64,000 nucleotides of DNA, from assembly GCF_006345805.1 (NCBI RefSeq), contig NC_043017.1:28334001-28398000 (forward strand). The letters run 5' to 3'. The notes under the pieces are model-generated. The model had not been told where the DNA came from, did not search any database, and saw nothing but the letters and a program-made list of their open reading frames with translations. Origin of the DNA: Octopus sinensis. Its lineage: Eukaryota. This document shows positions 12,602-27,133 of the stretch, one piece after another. Both the position numbers and the translations under genes were made by a program. Within the stretch, counting starts at the first letter, position 1. Each line of letters begins with the position of its first letter.

Positions 12602-13140
12602 GTATGCAGATATAAATCTAAATATATATATATATATATTCTGTATGTATATATGGATGCATGGATGTATGTATGGATGTATACATGTAAGAATTAGCCT
12701 GCTCAGTCAGTCAAAGTGTAACATCAAACCAAGGAACTCAACAATGTAACCGCTGGGTAAATATGAACTTTTCATGAAGTCGAAAGCCTTTTCGAAGTTT
12801 TTATAAAAAGTCGAAAGCGTTCGATTCCTATATAAAATATTATATTGTATATATACATGCATATATATATATATTTAACTTTGAAATATATGTAAATATA
12901 TAATGATGATATAAACATATGTTTATATGTGTAAGTATGTACGTATGTATGTATGTACGTATGGATGAAACCGATTAAGAATAACACTCTATACTGTGCA
13001 AAATTTTTAACAAAGAACCAAAAAAATAAAATTTCAAATTTTCCAAATTTTAAATAAATTTCAAAGATAACACATCAAAATCATTAAGAAATCGATAATA
13101 TCAAGAATAACGTTTACATCACCACAGTTTAATTTTAGCT

Positions 13141-13181
<41 letters not shown>

Positions 13182-13769
13182 GCATATATGCACACACATA
13201 TATATATATACATATATATATATATGTGTGTGTGTATGTATGTATAAATATATATGTATAATTATGTGTGTGTGTTTGTGAATGTAAGCATATATATATA
13301 TATATATGTATTACATTTTTGTAGGTTTCAAATTCCCCTTTCGTTGATGTATTTCATTTTGGTGATGTATGATGCTATACTGTTTTAATAGTGAAAAAAC
13401 AATGAGAGATAGAAAATGCCAGAGAAAATGTGATCGAAAAGCGATAAGGAGAGAGAATAATTATATATTAAAATTAAAAAAAAACAGAAAATAATGTTCA
13501 AAGAAAGTGTGTTTACGTGCATGTCTGATTCTCTGAAGGATTGTATAATTGCGACTGTTTTTATTGAGTTTTTGTTTGAAATATGTAAATCTAATGTGAA
13601 ATCAATCAACTGAACAACAAAAACAAAACGAATACAAATTACCATATAGATTATGTACATCATGCATATATACGCATATACGTGTGCTTGTGTGTATATA
13701 AGTATATATATATACGTTTATATAATAATGTGTGTGTGTGTGTGTGTGTGTAAATCTATGAATATATAC

Positions 13770-14122
13770 ATCTACATATATGTATATATACATCTACGTA
13801 TATATATATATATATATGCGTTTATATAAAAATGTGTGTGCGTGTAAATCTATGCATATATACATCTACATGTATGTATATATACATTTACGTATATACA
13901 TATATATATAGATCTACATCTACGTATATATACATTTACGTATATACATATATATATAGATCTACATCTACGTATATAAATAAATATATATATATATATA
14001 TATAATATATATATATACACATCTACGTATATAAATAAATATATATATATATATACACATCTACCTATATAAATAAATATATATATATATATATATACAT
14101 ACACATCTACGTATATAAATAA

Positions 14123-14153
<31 letters not shown>

Positions 14154-14165
14154 CATCTACATATA
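13770..14165. repeat. TA-rich minisatellite anchored on CATCTACGTATA
   Basis: Repeated ATCTACGTATAT(AAATAAAT)(AT)n units. Confidence 0.85.
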
Positions 14166-15158
14166 TCTGTATGAAGTTGGTGCGCATACGCACAAACTCA
14201 CACACATATACATATATTCGTGTGTGTATATGTGTATGTAGCTTTGTATGTATGTCTCTACACTTATAGGTATGTATATAATTTATGTCTATTTATGCAT
14301 ACTTATGTTAAAGATACAATAGTGTTCAATTTTAATATTTTTTGATAAAAAAATCTTCGTATTTCTTCATTAATTCTTTACATGTACTTTGGTGCAATAA
14401 CGTTACGAGTCTCTTAACGTTCCAAAATCTTCTCGACCTAATTCTCTATCTTAACATATTGAAATGGTTTGTTGTGGTAACGTGTAGTTCGTAGTAAGTA
14501 GCAAAAGACATTGAAATAATTTTGGAAATGACAATTCCTTGTAATAATTCCCTTGTATATGGCATCGCAGTTTACACATGACAGATAACATGCTACAAAC
14601 AATTATAAAATATAGGATTTTCAAACTAACTATAAAATTTGGTACATTCATTGGCTAAAGCAAGTACATTGGACATATATGCACTACGCTTTTCTGCTGG
14701 TTGAATATGCATTTACGAGAAAGAGGCAGTGCAGCGAATCTTAATGCTGTCAAAATTGTAAAATATGCTTATATCACTTCCATCTACAAATATACACACA
14801 GATCAATATTAGGCATTATTAATAAATACTATGATTAGTATATCTCATATCAGACGTAAAATAATTTATTAAAATACTTAGGAAAAAGTATTTTTCCATG
14901 TCGAAGAAAGGTGATATTGTACATTACTACGTACATTCAACAACAACGTACCACAATATTTCCTTGAGATGAGGCCGAGAAAGAATGGAAATGTTAAAGG
15001 AAAAGGACTTTTATTGTTGCAAAAGGTACAAAATGTTAAAAACAAGGAAATATAAAAATTATCAAATAAAGATATTAAAACGGAAGAACGCAGTTGTTTC
15101 ACTATAACACATCAACAATAACTGTATGTGTATGAGTTGTGTTCTTTGTGTGTGTGTT

Positions 15159-15159
<1 letters not shown>

Positions 15160-15201
<42 letters not shown>

Positions 15202-15581
15202 TTATATATATATTTATATATATGAAAAAATAAATGAAGTTTAACGCAGGTATATATGCATACATATGTATATAGACATACACACACACACATATATACA
15301 TATATATACAAACATATACATGAATGTATATATATATATATAGAAATATATACATATATGTACAAACATATACATATATATACAAACATATACATATATA
15401 TATACAAACATATACATATATGTACATACCTATACATGCGTATATATTTATAGTATGCATATACATACATATATCTACATATACATACGTATATATTTAT
15501 AGTATATACATATGATATATATACATGTGTAATGTATATATCAAATATACATTACATATAGTCGTAGTATATGTAGTAAGG

Positions 15582-15657
<76 letters not shown>

Positions 15658-15699
15658 CACACACATGTGTGCGTTATATGTATACATGAATATATATAT

Positions 15700-15730
<31 letters not shown>
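15160..15730. repeat. TA/TACA low-complexity microsatellite tract
   Basis: Direct inspection. Confidence 0.85.
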
Positions 15731-16441
15731 GTATGTAATTATGTATGCGAGTGCGTGTGTTTCTGGGTATAGAAATGGATATTTTAGCGCAGCCCGCTGC
15801 GAAGATGGAAGCGATCTTCTCTTTTATTCTTACGTATTTCGATTAATGGACGTATCAGCATTGTCTCGTAACCGGAGATTCTTTTGCTGCGATTATTCAT
15901 ATTCTGCTGGAGACTTGGGACAATGAAACATCAGGTGGTTTCATTATACTGATAAATTCGAATTTGAAATATGATATACTGTAATATATAGGTGTGTGTG
16001 AAGTGTGTGTGTGTATATATATGTGTGTGTGTGTATATATGTGTGTGTGTGTTTGTGGTTATTCATGCAGAAAATTTGTATGACAACGACGTTACAAAAA
16101 CCTTTGGAAATTTTCAGCAAGGAAAATATTTCAATGAAATATTTGTTCCATTACATACTCAGCAATACGTATATAAATAAGGGATGCATTCCGTTTATTG
16201 CTCCGTTTCTCACCCAGATGAAAACGCATGCTCTGCATAAACTATATATATATTAATTTATATATAGATATATACATATATATATGTGTGTGTGTGTGTA
16301 GATATGTATGTAGATGTTTTTGGATGAGTGTTTATGCGTCGGTCGAATGCAGATATATGAAATGTCTGAAGAAATTTATAAACATTCATTTGAATATGTG
16401 AATTGTTCAAACATAGAAATAAATATTAACGCATACACACG

Positions 16442-16485
<44 letters not shown>

Positions 16486-16599
16486 GATATGCATATGTAT
16501 GAATATATGTATATCTGCGATTGTTTGTGCATTTTGATTCACACAAATACACGCAACAATATGAATATTTACGCATACACACACACGCACGCACATATG

Positions 16600-16687
16600 T
16601 CTGTATGCATGCATATATATGTATATATATATATATGATGTATGTATATATATATTATGTATATATATATATATATAGGTATGTATG

Positions 16688-16721
<34 letters not shown>

Positions 16722-17145
16722 TATGTATGTATGTATGTATATATATTATATATATGTATGTATATATGTATGTATGTAATATATATATATATATATTATA
16801 TATATATATATTATATGTATATATGTATGTATATATGTATGTATGTATATATATATATATATATATGTATGTGTATATGTATGTATAGTATATATATATA
16901 TATATGTATGTATGTATATATATATATATGTATGTGTATATGTATGTATATATATATATATATTATGTATGTATATATGTATGTATATTATATATGTATG
17001 TATGTATATATGTATGTATATATATATATGTATGTATGTATATATGTATGTATGTATATATATATATATGTATATATATATAGATATTATATATATATGT
17101 ATGTATATATTATATATATATATGTATGTATATATATTATGTATG

Positions 17146-17187
<42 letters not shown>

Positions 17188-17514
17188 ATATATATATATG
17201 TATGTATATATATATGTATGTATATATATATATGTATGTATGTATATAATATATGTATATATATATAATGTATGTATGTATATATATATATGTATGTATG
17301 TATATTATATATATGTATATATATATATGTATGTATGTATATATATATAGTTATATATATATATGTATGTATGTATATATATATATGTATGTATGTTATA
17401 TATGTATGTATGTATGTATATATATGTATGTATGTATATATATATATATGTATGTATATATATAATATATATGTATGTATGTATATAATATATATATATG
17501 TATATATATGTATG

Positions 17515-17545
<31 letters not shown>

Positions 17546-17665
17546 ATATTATGTATGTATATAGATATATATATGTATGTATGTATATATATATGTATGT
17601 ATATATATATATATGTATGTATAATATATGTATGTATAATATATGTATATATATATATATGTATG

Positions 17666-17698
<33 letters not shown>

Positions 17699-17832
17699 GT
17701 AATATATATATATATATGTATGTATGTATGTATATATATATATGTATGTATGTGTATATATATATATGTATGTATGTATGTATATATATAATGTATGTAT
17801 GTATGTATATATATATATAATATATATGTATG

Positions 17833-17882
<50 letters not shown>

Positions 17883-17908
17883 ATATATATATATAATATG
17901 TATGTATG

Positions 17909-17960
<52 letters not shown>

Positions 17961-18010
17961 TGCATATATATCTATATGTGCATGTATGTATTATGCATGT
18001 ATATGTACAA
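16600..18010. repeat. About 1.4-kb (TA)n/(TATG)n microsatellite
   Basis: Direct inspection; source of the Y/I/M/C/V ORFs. Confidence 0.95.
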
Positions 18011-19501
18011 ACAGTGATACGCCTATAGCTGCATACACAAACAAAAACATACACCGACATATACATGTATATTTCATCTAGATTTGTGGTTTTAACTTTG
18101 ATCATATGTTTGATAAATTAAATGACGATTTTTTTTCCTGTTTTGTACTTGTTTTGTTCCTTGTTTTATTATGCATTTCTGCAAACATTGGCATACTTTT
18201 ATATGTTTGTATGAAAATTCATATACGAGATTGATAGTTAAATAGCTCTACGGATACACAGTTGTGTATGTAAACTTTGTTATACGCAACACACACTTCT
18301 CCATCTTACGCACGCTTGCGCGAACACACATACACATCTACGCACAAACACGTGCAGACACACATAAATATATGTTAGTGAGAATACGCTCGTTCAGACA
18401 CATCTCGACAGAAAGTTATAGACATAAAATTATGAAGCATGTATAACGTCAAGTCTATATGTTGATACCGAAACACATCTCTGATCAAGTAAATGATGAG
18501 GAGACCACAATCAAGAATGCTAATTGGACTGATTTTAAAAATCTTAAATAACAGTGAATTCATATTTTACTGAGAATCTAGCCTTCAAATTTACACACAC
18601 AGATACACACATACATATTATTGCATCTAAATTTTCTCCTATGGCGCGTAGGTATTCATTCTGTCTGTTGTGAACTGATATATGAGGCAAACATTTATTT
18701 TCTTAGTTCTCAGGAGTGCAACTATTGTAAGGTCTTTTGTTTTCTTGGGTATTGTTTTACTGTTGATGTAAGGCATTATATAGTTTGTACTGTATATCTG
18801 GGTAACTTGTTTGGAAACATTTCTGTGTTTTTGAGAGGTTTTGAAATCTACTTAGAATATTTTCAAATTCGTTGTGATTTTACCTGCTATCGCCAAATCT
18901 CTATATAAGTTCATGAACACAATACGTTGGACCTGTTATTTTTAAGTCTTTTATTAAATGCAATCGTTTGATTTACATATAGAAGGAATTATTGGCATTT
19001 AATTTCATATGGCTGTTAACAGGATCTTGTTTCATACTCTTTTACAGACATTTTAGATTTCATCCATAACTTTAACGTTCCAGTTATTATCTTCTACAGG
19101 ACAAATTAAATATAAACATCTTCCATCTCACTAATTGATGCATTGTTTCTTAAATTACATATTTATAAAATATTTTACTGCTTAACTTAGCAACAAAGAA
19201 CTGTTATAGTACAATTTATTAAGTTAAATATCAAGAAAGCGTTAATTATGCAAATTCATCCATTCTAGTTACTTGAACACTTGGAAGGAGCAGATTTATA
19301 AATCAATGTCTGCACAGACAATTTAAGCGGCTTCGTGGTTCCACGTGGAATTGAATCTAGCTTGGTTGTTGCCTCTTTTTCTATCCACAAAATATTGTAT
19401 ACTAAATCAAGATATTTCAACTGTCAATTACATACTTTGCAAGTTAAAATTATCAAACTTATTCTGTAATATGAGTGTCTGATTATGTACACACACACAC
19501 A

Positions 19502-19537
<36 letters not shown>

Positions 19538-20001
19538 TAATATATAAACACACGCGCACGCACACACATATAATCGTGTGGTGTATGAGTTTATTTGTTT
19601 GTGTGTGCCGCGATTATAAAGAAAATCTACCATGTTTTGGATGCAGTCGTCTCGTATGCAGAGAAATTGCGTTAATCCTTTAACCCTATTCATAAATAAT
19701 AATATTACTGCGACTGTTGTATAGGCTATCACATGTACATAAGCTGTTTGGTATGTATATTTTCGCACGTGGTTAAAGAACCTGCGTCATCAAAGCATTT
19801 ATTACATTACGTTAACAATTCATTTGAAATCCAACGCAGAATATGTGCCGGTTTCTGACCAAATGAAATTCGGATTCCTAACGGGAAAATATGTCGTTAT
19901 GCCTACATATAGAAACTGATAGTAAATATGAGAAAACAAGAGGTTTAAAAGCGGTAGTAAAATGAGTTATTATGGTTTTGTCTGTTATTGTTTTGCGATA
20001 G

Positions 20002-20073
20002 TAGCTAATAACTTGGAATGGTTGGAATTAGGCTGCTCGGTGGAAATCTTCGCACATAGACCCGCTCCCACAC
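20002..20073 (+). CDS. Candidate 72-nt phase 1-1 exon (VANNLEWLELGCSVEIFAHRPAPT), unidentified gene
   Basis: TTGTTTTGCGATAG acceptor, CAC|GTACGG donor, open frame, phase-compatible with 23107-23170; no homology recognised. Confidence 0.2.
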
Positions 20074-20275
20074 GTACGGATACAAATGGTAGAAACATTA
20101 GATACATATGTATATGCATAGGATGAAACAAACCCACGGATCGTCGAACGCCGTCTGACAGTTCTCATGCTTCTCCTACGCACGCTCTCTATATGCAAAG
20201 TCCGTGGAAAATTATTTTGTGAATATGTGTACATCACCTTACGCATAAAATGTGAACACGCATAACACATTCTTT

Positions 20276-20583
20276 TATTCTTTTACTTATTTCAGTCATT
20301 TGACTGTGGCCATGCAACATCTTTAGTCAAGCAAATCGACTCCGGGACTTATTTTTTGTAAGCCTAGTACTTATTCTATCGGTCTCTTTTGCCGAACTGC
20401 TAGGTTAAGGGGATGTAAACACACCAGCATCAAGCTGCCAAAGACACACACATATATATATACGACGGTCCGTCTACAAAGCTATAGTAAAAGACACTTG
20501 CCCAAGGTGCCACACAGTGGGATTGAACCCGAAACCATGTGGTTTGTAAGCAAGCTACTTACCACACAGCCACTCCTACGCCT
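20276..20583 (-). mobile_element. SINE group B, internally deleted
   Basis: Reverse complement of the GGCGTAGGAGTGGCTGTGTGGTAAG head and the CAAATGACTGAAATAAGTAAAAGA tail. Confidence 0.88.
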
Positions 20584-20597
20584 ATATACTGTCAGGA

Positions 20598-20650
<53 letters not shown>

Positions 20651-22156
20651 TATATATATATATATATAAAATATAGGTTAACCCTGATACAAATATGTGC
20701 GTCCATATATATACAAGTATATAAAACTAAACACAATAGCTATGATTTACTGTGAATAATAAAAGTATTCGTATAGAAGCATTCTACACAACACAGCATA
20801 AAACACAGCCTGGAAATTTTGTGAGGTCAGTTCAAGCACTTATTCTTTTCTTCTATGCAATTTAGTCATAGCAATTGCAAAGCGTCAATTTCACTGACTT
20901 CCTGCTGAAACGAATTTTATTAAGTAAAAATGCTTTTATTAATAGCGTTTTTATGTTTATCATAACATATAAATTTCATAGGAATGCCTTTGACAAAAAC
21001 CTTTACAGCATAATTTTTATGCATGTATATTTACTATAACACACGCACATACAAATACACATGCACACACACATATATATATATATATAGACACTCAGAT
21101 AGAGGATAGTGAATGTATATATTTTGCAAATTCTATGTATTGCTGTTGATTTAAATGTAGGTATATTTGCATATCTGAAAGTGTTTACATATATTTATGT
21201 AAGTGCACAAACTTTTTCATGCGTATATTTACACATTTTGCTCATAATTGAATTTGTTATGCATACTTGCATAAATAAACGCGCGTGTACGAATACACAC
21301 GTAAACACACTCACACACATGTATTCGGAGTTAAAAGCCGTCTTCAAATTGCTACTAAAAAATTCGAGTTCTGTTGACATTACTCAAGTCACGCGATACG
21401 TAATTTGAATTATGAGTGTTGTCTAAACGACCAGGATTTGTCTCATTCAATAGTATTAATAAATAGATTAACCGTAATAGCTTACACAAAAAACAACTAA
21501 AACTTTTTCTGCTACTTAACAATTAGGTCCTATAACAATTTCACAGCAAAGCATTTCTCTCTCCGTAAAATCTTATTGTTTAGCAACAATTTATAGGAAT
21601 ATCAAAAACCTCTTCCAGATAAGTATTTATTTCCAGTCATGTAACAATATGGCTACGACTGAAAACCAATTTAAGGATACATTTTTATTGCTTTTGTTTT
21701 AAGTCCCAGATATATAAGTGTAGGGAAGTTTCTCACGTACATACGCTTATTACAATTTCCTGTCATTCTTATATAGTTCATTCTGAACTCACTATTTATT
21801 TACAGAGAAGTATTCTGTTGAAGTTGCGTGTTATACCTGGTTTACTATGTTTCGTTGATTGGAAAGGATCACCTTCTTTCTCTCTATCAGGTTTGCGAGC
21901 TAAGCCCTATTAATATCACAGGTTTTCCGAAGTCTTGATATTTGTAGTTATTTAAAGATAATTTCTGATTGAAGTTAGCAAATATTTTCGACTTTACCTT
22001 TAATTTGGCTTCGATGAACGTTTCGTCATCCTTTTCTTTACCTACTATTTTCCCTGGAATGTTCGTTTTCTTTTGCCTCACTATCCTCATTTCTTAAACG
22101 AATTTGCCATACTCATTAACACATCACTAACAATATATATCATTCCAACATTCCAA

Positions 22157-22214
<58 letters not shown>

Positions 22215-23106
22215 TGTTGTGTCTGGGGAGAGTCATTTTCTTTTTGTGCCTTTTTGAAAAGGTTCCAAGACGCAAAGAAAATTTTAGGAAAATTAAAATA
22301 AGAAATAAGTGGAAATTTTACCGGTGAGTGTGTTAAATTATAAGGCACAAAATGAGAATGACTCTCCCCAGACACGACATAATATGCTTCAACACACGAA
22401 CTCACATAAAGAATCTTACAAACCAAATTCAAAAACGATATATATAATTCCAAAGTTGATATGCTAAATACAACTAATTTCCAATTAGAATGGGCGATAT
22501 GAAGCATTTTAGTAGCAACGAGTAAACTGGTGCACAAATATCATCGAAATTTCAACAGTTCATATTACATCATCTGTACAAAATCTTTCACCGTTAAAAT
22601 TTCAAATTTGTTACAGAGTTTTAATGAACGTCGACAGAGCGGAAAACTCGAAATGCTGTTCGGAGGAAGTTTTAGCTTCGAATAAATACTTTACATGTAT
22701 TAAGTACTATTTTACCTCTTTTGCACATATATATATATATATATATTATATATAAGTTTACCCACAGAATTATTGATTCGGTCTTAATATTTGAAGAAAT
22801 GTTTTCTTAAATTAAAAATGTATTAATTAATTAAAAATAAAATTAGAAAAACAACTTGACACGAATAATTTGGAAGGATGTTTACGAAATATTTTTTAGC
22901 GCTTTTACCTTTTGCAGATTCGTGTCATTCTGTTTTTCTAAGATTACTTTTAATTTAATTAAGAAATTTTAATTGACGAAAATCTCTTCACAGACACACA
23001 CACACACAATATTGTACTAATGTACAAAATTTCTATCTTCTTTTGTAAAAAGAACAGCATATTGTATGTAAATCCTTCCATACAAGGTTTGATTATTTCT
23101 TCCCAG

Positions 23107-23170
23107 GATTGTGGATCAACAGAATCGACAGAATCGAAATATATTTCGCAGAAATAACTCTCACAAAATG
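23107..23170 (+). CDS. Candidate exon (LWINRIDRIEIYFAEITLTK-W), unidentified gene
   Basis: TTATTTCTTCCCAG acceptor, ATG|GTAATC donor; two frames are open. Confidence 0.3.
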
Positions 23171-23637
23171 GTAATCATCTTGCTGATTGTCTGAACGTAT
23201 TTGTTTAATTCGGTTAAAAAAGAAAATGTTTAGTTTCTGCCATCTTATGTGATGAAATTATTGTTGTGTACTTACTGACAAGAAACCGTCTCTTTCTCTC
23301 TCTCTCTCTTTCTTTCTCTGATTCTCTCTTTCTTTCTTTCTCTCTCTCTCTGCTTCTCTCTTTCTTTCTCTCTCTGTGTTTCTCTCTCTTTCTTTCTCTG
23401 TGTTTCTCTCTCTGTGTTTCTCTCTCTGTGTTTCTCTATCTCTTTCTCCATCTCTTTCTCTCTTTCAATTTATCTCTCTTTAGAACGGAATGACCTCATT
23501 CCATTCTAAAGATTTATAGAATTAATCAAAACTGTTCACCAATAATGTTTTTGGTTATTATATGCTCTTTTTGTTTGTGTTTTTTTCATTGAAATGTATC
23601 TTTGTTTTGCCACTGTCACATGAATATTTGCATACAG

Positions 23638-23684
23638 GTTGGAGGTTTTATTTTCAGCGTTTCACAAGGAAGGAGAAGAAAACG
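23638..23684 (+). CDS. Candidate exon (W-LEVLFSAFHKEGEEN-G); alternative acceptor gives a 27-nt microexon 23658-23684
   Basis: Strong donor ACG|GTAAGT; acceptors CATACAG (23637) or TTTTATTTTCAG (23657); phase-compatible with the upstream candidate. Confidence 0.3.
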
Positions 23685-24869
23685 GTAAGTAAAGCTAACC
23701 ATCTTGAATATAAGTTGAAGAACTGAGAACCAATTTCGAACTTAAACCTACATGTTTTAGTTTGTAGCAACAGGTTTTTCGCCAGTGTATTTTTTGCTTT
23801 GTACTTGTTTTATTGATTTCTATTGTTGTTGTTGTTATTATTTTATGATGTAAGTTAAGGCAACGAACTGGGTAAAATGTTTAGCGGAATTTAATCCGCC
23901 TTAACGTTCTGAGTTCAAATTTCATCGAGGTCGCCTTTAAATTTCATCCTTTCGGGGTTTAAATTTGTAACCGTTTTAATGGGGTAAGTTATTGAGCTGG
24001 TAGAAACGGTAACGTATCGAACAAAATTCTTGGCAGAATTTCTTCCGGCTCTTTATGTTGCCGAGATCAGCTTTGACTTTAATCCTTTCCAATTCGAAAA
24101 AATAAGTCCCCTTCCTCAAAACTTCAGGTTTTGTATCAAAAGCAGAAATGATTGAGATTATTGTAGAATCATTAGCGTGTGAATACAAAATACCTTGCGA
24201 CATCCCTTCCCACTTCACTGAATTCAACTTGTAATTTCATCTTTAAGTATTAGATATAACTGACTAAAATTGCTGTCCTCAAAAGTGCTGGCCTCGTGCG
24301 TAAATTAGGTTTTAATGTTGATGGATTCGTATAAAAGTGAGAGTTTTGTTTATAATTCCTTGCGTTATTTGATCCAGCTCTTTACGTTCAAAGTTTCACT
24401 CTCAACTTTGTTCTTGCTCTCTCCTGGGAATCGATGAAGCAAAATACTCGAGTCGATGGTATTTACTCAGCACCTATTGATGCTCTTAAACATTTGTTTA
24501 AAATAATAATTTTAAAAAAAGATTCTGAGGAAAAATTCTGCTCCGATCAACTTTGCTCTTCATTCTTTCGAAACTAATAAATTATCCTGGATGTACTTCA
24601 ACTTATCAGTACCAATACAGTATTTCAACTCATCTACATTCTGAGCAAAAAACTTCGTCAAAATCGATTTTCAAATTTGATGGAAATATGGTTCTAAGTT
24701 CTTACATTGTAAGGAACTCGTGCAGATAGAAAGAAAGAGAGAGAAAGAGAGAGAGAGAGAAAGAGAGAGAGAGAAAGAGAGAGAGAGAAAGAGAGAGAGA
24801 GAAAGAGAGAGAGACACACAGACAGACAAAACTCTAGGCTACATTTTTATAGTAAAAAAATTACAGCAT

Positions 24870-24905
<36 letters not shown>

Positions 24906-24908
24906 ATT

Positions 24909-26124
24909 AAAGGGTCACCCCATATATGCGTTTTTTTCAAATGCGTGAACTAAAAGTCAAAGTGGGGGCGGGATCAACTCCCTGCATCAACTTGCTTAAA
25001 AGCAGATAACTTTACTTCGACCTTATTCTTAGTGCAAGTTTTGAAGAGTGCAGTTCGATTTTAACAGTTGTTGTTTCAAAGCTATAATAGAAGAGACAAA
25101 GGAGCATATTCGGCATATTTTGCTTTATGAGTTCAATAAAGGCAACAACGCAAAGGAAAGTGCGAGGAATATAAATGCAGTACATGGGGATCGGACAATA
25201 AGCGTAAACCAGTGTCAACGGTGATTCTAGAAATTCCGAGCCTCGTCCTGAAAAATATGTAGATCTCGACGAGGACGTCCTGCAAATCCTGGTGTAACAA
25301 AATCCCATTGTAACTATTGAGGAACTTGTAGAGAAGGTTGGACTTGGTCATTCAACCATTCATTGACAGCTGTATGCCATCGAAAAAAGTTAGCAAATTG
25401 GGTCAACGGGTTCCTTAAAAGTTTGCGAGTCTAATCGCGCGTATACAGTGAATGTGTGCTCTTCTTTGCCGTCAGGTCTCACGAATGAACCTGTTTTGGA
25501 CTGAATAGTGACTGATGACGAGAAATGGGTACTCTATAAAAATGTTAAGCGCTGAAGACAGTGAGTAGGGAAAGGAGAAACACCGGCACCCCAGGCTAAA
25601 GAAGGTCTTCACCGACTTAATGTGTTGTCATCTATTTGTTGAGATATGAAAGATTTACGCCACTATGAACTTTTAAAACCCAAACCAAACGATAATAAAT
25701 GAGATCTACTGCGAGCAGCTTCAGCTGCTTAAATCAGCGCTAGAAGAAAAATGACCATCTTTGCTTTCAAGACGTAAGGTATTATTCCATCAGGATAATT
25801 ACGCGGCCACATACAGTGAGGATGATATTGCAAAGACTGGAGTAGTTTGAATGGGAAACGATGCCCCACCCATCATATACGCCGGACATTGCTCCATCTG
25901 ATTATCATTTATTCCGCAGTCTTCAAAATAATTTGGACGGAAAAATATGAATTCTGTAGACGCGTTCAGAACAATACTGGAGGTGTATTTTTCGTCACGG
26001 ACAAGTGAATTTTGGAAGAGGGGCCTTGCAAGTCAACGAGATAGAGGGAACAGTATTATAGAAAATGAAGTAGAGTCTATTTTAGATGAAAAAAGAACAC
26101 CACATTATTTATGGGCTGACCCTG
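24909..26124 (+). mobile_element. Mariner (DD34D) transposon, near full length, inactive
   Basis: TA-flanked TIRs AAGGGTCACCCCATA / CAGGGTCAGCCCATA (right end reverse-complemented). Broken transposase about 25087-26090: KEHIRHILLYEFNKG, IVTDDEKWVLYKN, FHQDN, HPSYTPDIAPSDYHLFRSLQN, with many stops and frameshifts. Confidence 0.95.
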
Positions 26125-26133
26125 TATAACAAA

Positions 26134-26184
26134 GGTTCACTGATGAAGATTAATCAAATCGGAAATCAGCACTGATATGATGCC
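26134..26184 (+). ncRNA. Candidate degenerate type I hammerhead ribozyme (orphan)
   Basis: CTGATGA-A, stem II GATT/AATC, extra G, GAAA, stem III ATCAG/CTGAT, H17=A, helix I GGTTCA/TGA(T)GCC. Confidence 0.45.
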
Positions 26185-26339
26185 ATCTTGCTTGCCATGA
26201 TTAGGGTGCTTATCTCCCTTGTTAGTCGTTAGATAAGTCCTTTCTCTTAACTAAGAGTTGTTTTAACTCTTATTTCTAGCAATACCGGTTCTCACTAACA
26301 CCCTCTGCCACTTTACTGACGACTATACTTATGTATATA

Positions 26340-27133
26340 CAGGGTGCAGTGAATAAACTGTCGTCTCAATTATGCAAAAATGAAAATATCACTGACAACT
26401 CATTTTAAAAGACATATATATCAAAATTACATAAAAATATCTTGAAACACTAATGAGTAAATTTATTCAATAAAATCGCCATTGGGTTCAACCACGGTTT
26501 CCAGACGATGTCGAAATCTCCTGCGAATTTTCTGGACAGTCTCCTTGTTTAAGTTGTTGAATGCTGCCATAATCCTTGCCTTCACTTCATCTTTTTGTGT
26601 TATGAGAAGTTTTGTTGGTCTCTCGGTCAACTGCGCCCCACACATACTAATGAAGGGGGTTGCAGTCTGGGGAGTTAGTTGGCCTGATGTTAGGGGTGAT
26701 GTGGTCGCGGAAATTGTCTGACAGTCATGACTGGGATTTCTTGCTTGTGTGGCATGGTGCAGAGTCCTGTTGCAGACATAGGGTCTTCCAGCATCTATCC
26801 TCTTAATAGCGTCGTAAAGTCGCCATCACTAGCGATCACGCCAAACACCATGATGTTGACTGGATGTTTGATTTTTATCACTCTCGGTACATGTCCTCAG
26901 ATTGAAATCTAAACATTCTACAAAGTTCGTATTGGAGCTTCCTGTGCGAATGCCAAGCAGTATATCATGTGATTTCCAAATTTCTGGCAGGGTGAATTGC
27001 ATTATGGTGCTGTCTTCTCATAAACGGTGCCCAACTAACCCTACCATACTGTGTAGTCGACAAAATCAAAACCAAAATGCGCATCCGTGACATTAAAAAT
27101 ATAAAATGGCGACAATTTACCCATCGCAACCTG
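26340..27133 (-). mobile_element. DD37D (maT-like) Tc1/mariner element, internally deleted
   Basis: Imperfect TIRs CAGGGTGCAGTGAATAAACTGTCG / CAGGTTGCGATGGGTAAATTGTCG; minus frames HPVNIMVFGVIASDG, QQDSAPCHTSKKSQ, NSPDCNP..YVWGAV, KDEVKARIMAAF...RLETVVEPNGDFIE*. Confidence 0.9.

Noticed and set aside
12770-12830. Hammerhead-like CGAAAG motifs with a short hairpin
   Set aside because: No intact CTGANGA and no consistent helix I or III.
14370-14490. LRR-like peptide SLHVLWCNNVTSLLTFQNLLDLILYLN
   Set aside because: No usable splice acceptor upstream in frame, and an in-frame stop follows.
16521-18105. Y/I/M/C/V-rich ORFs up to 266 aa
   Set aside because: Pure TA/TATG microsatellite.
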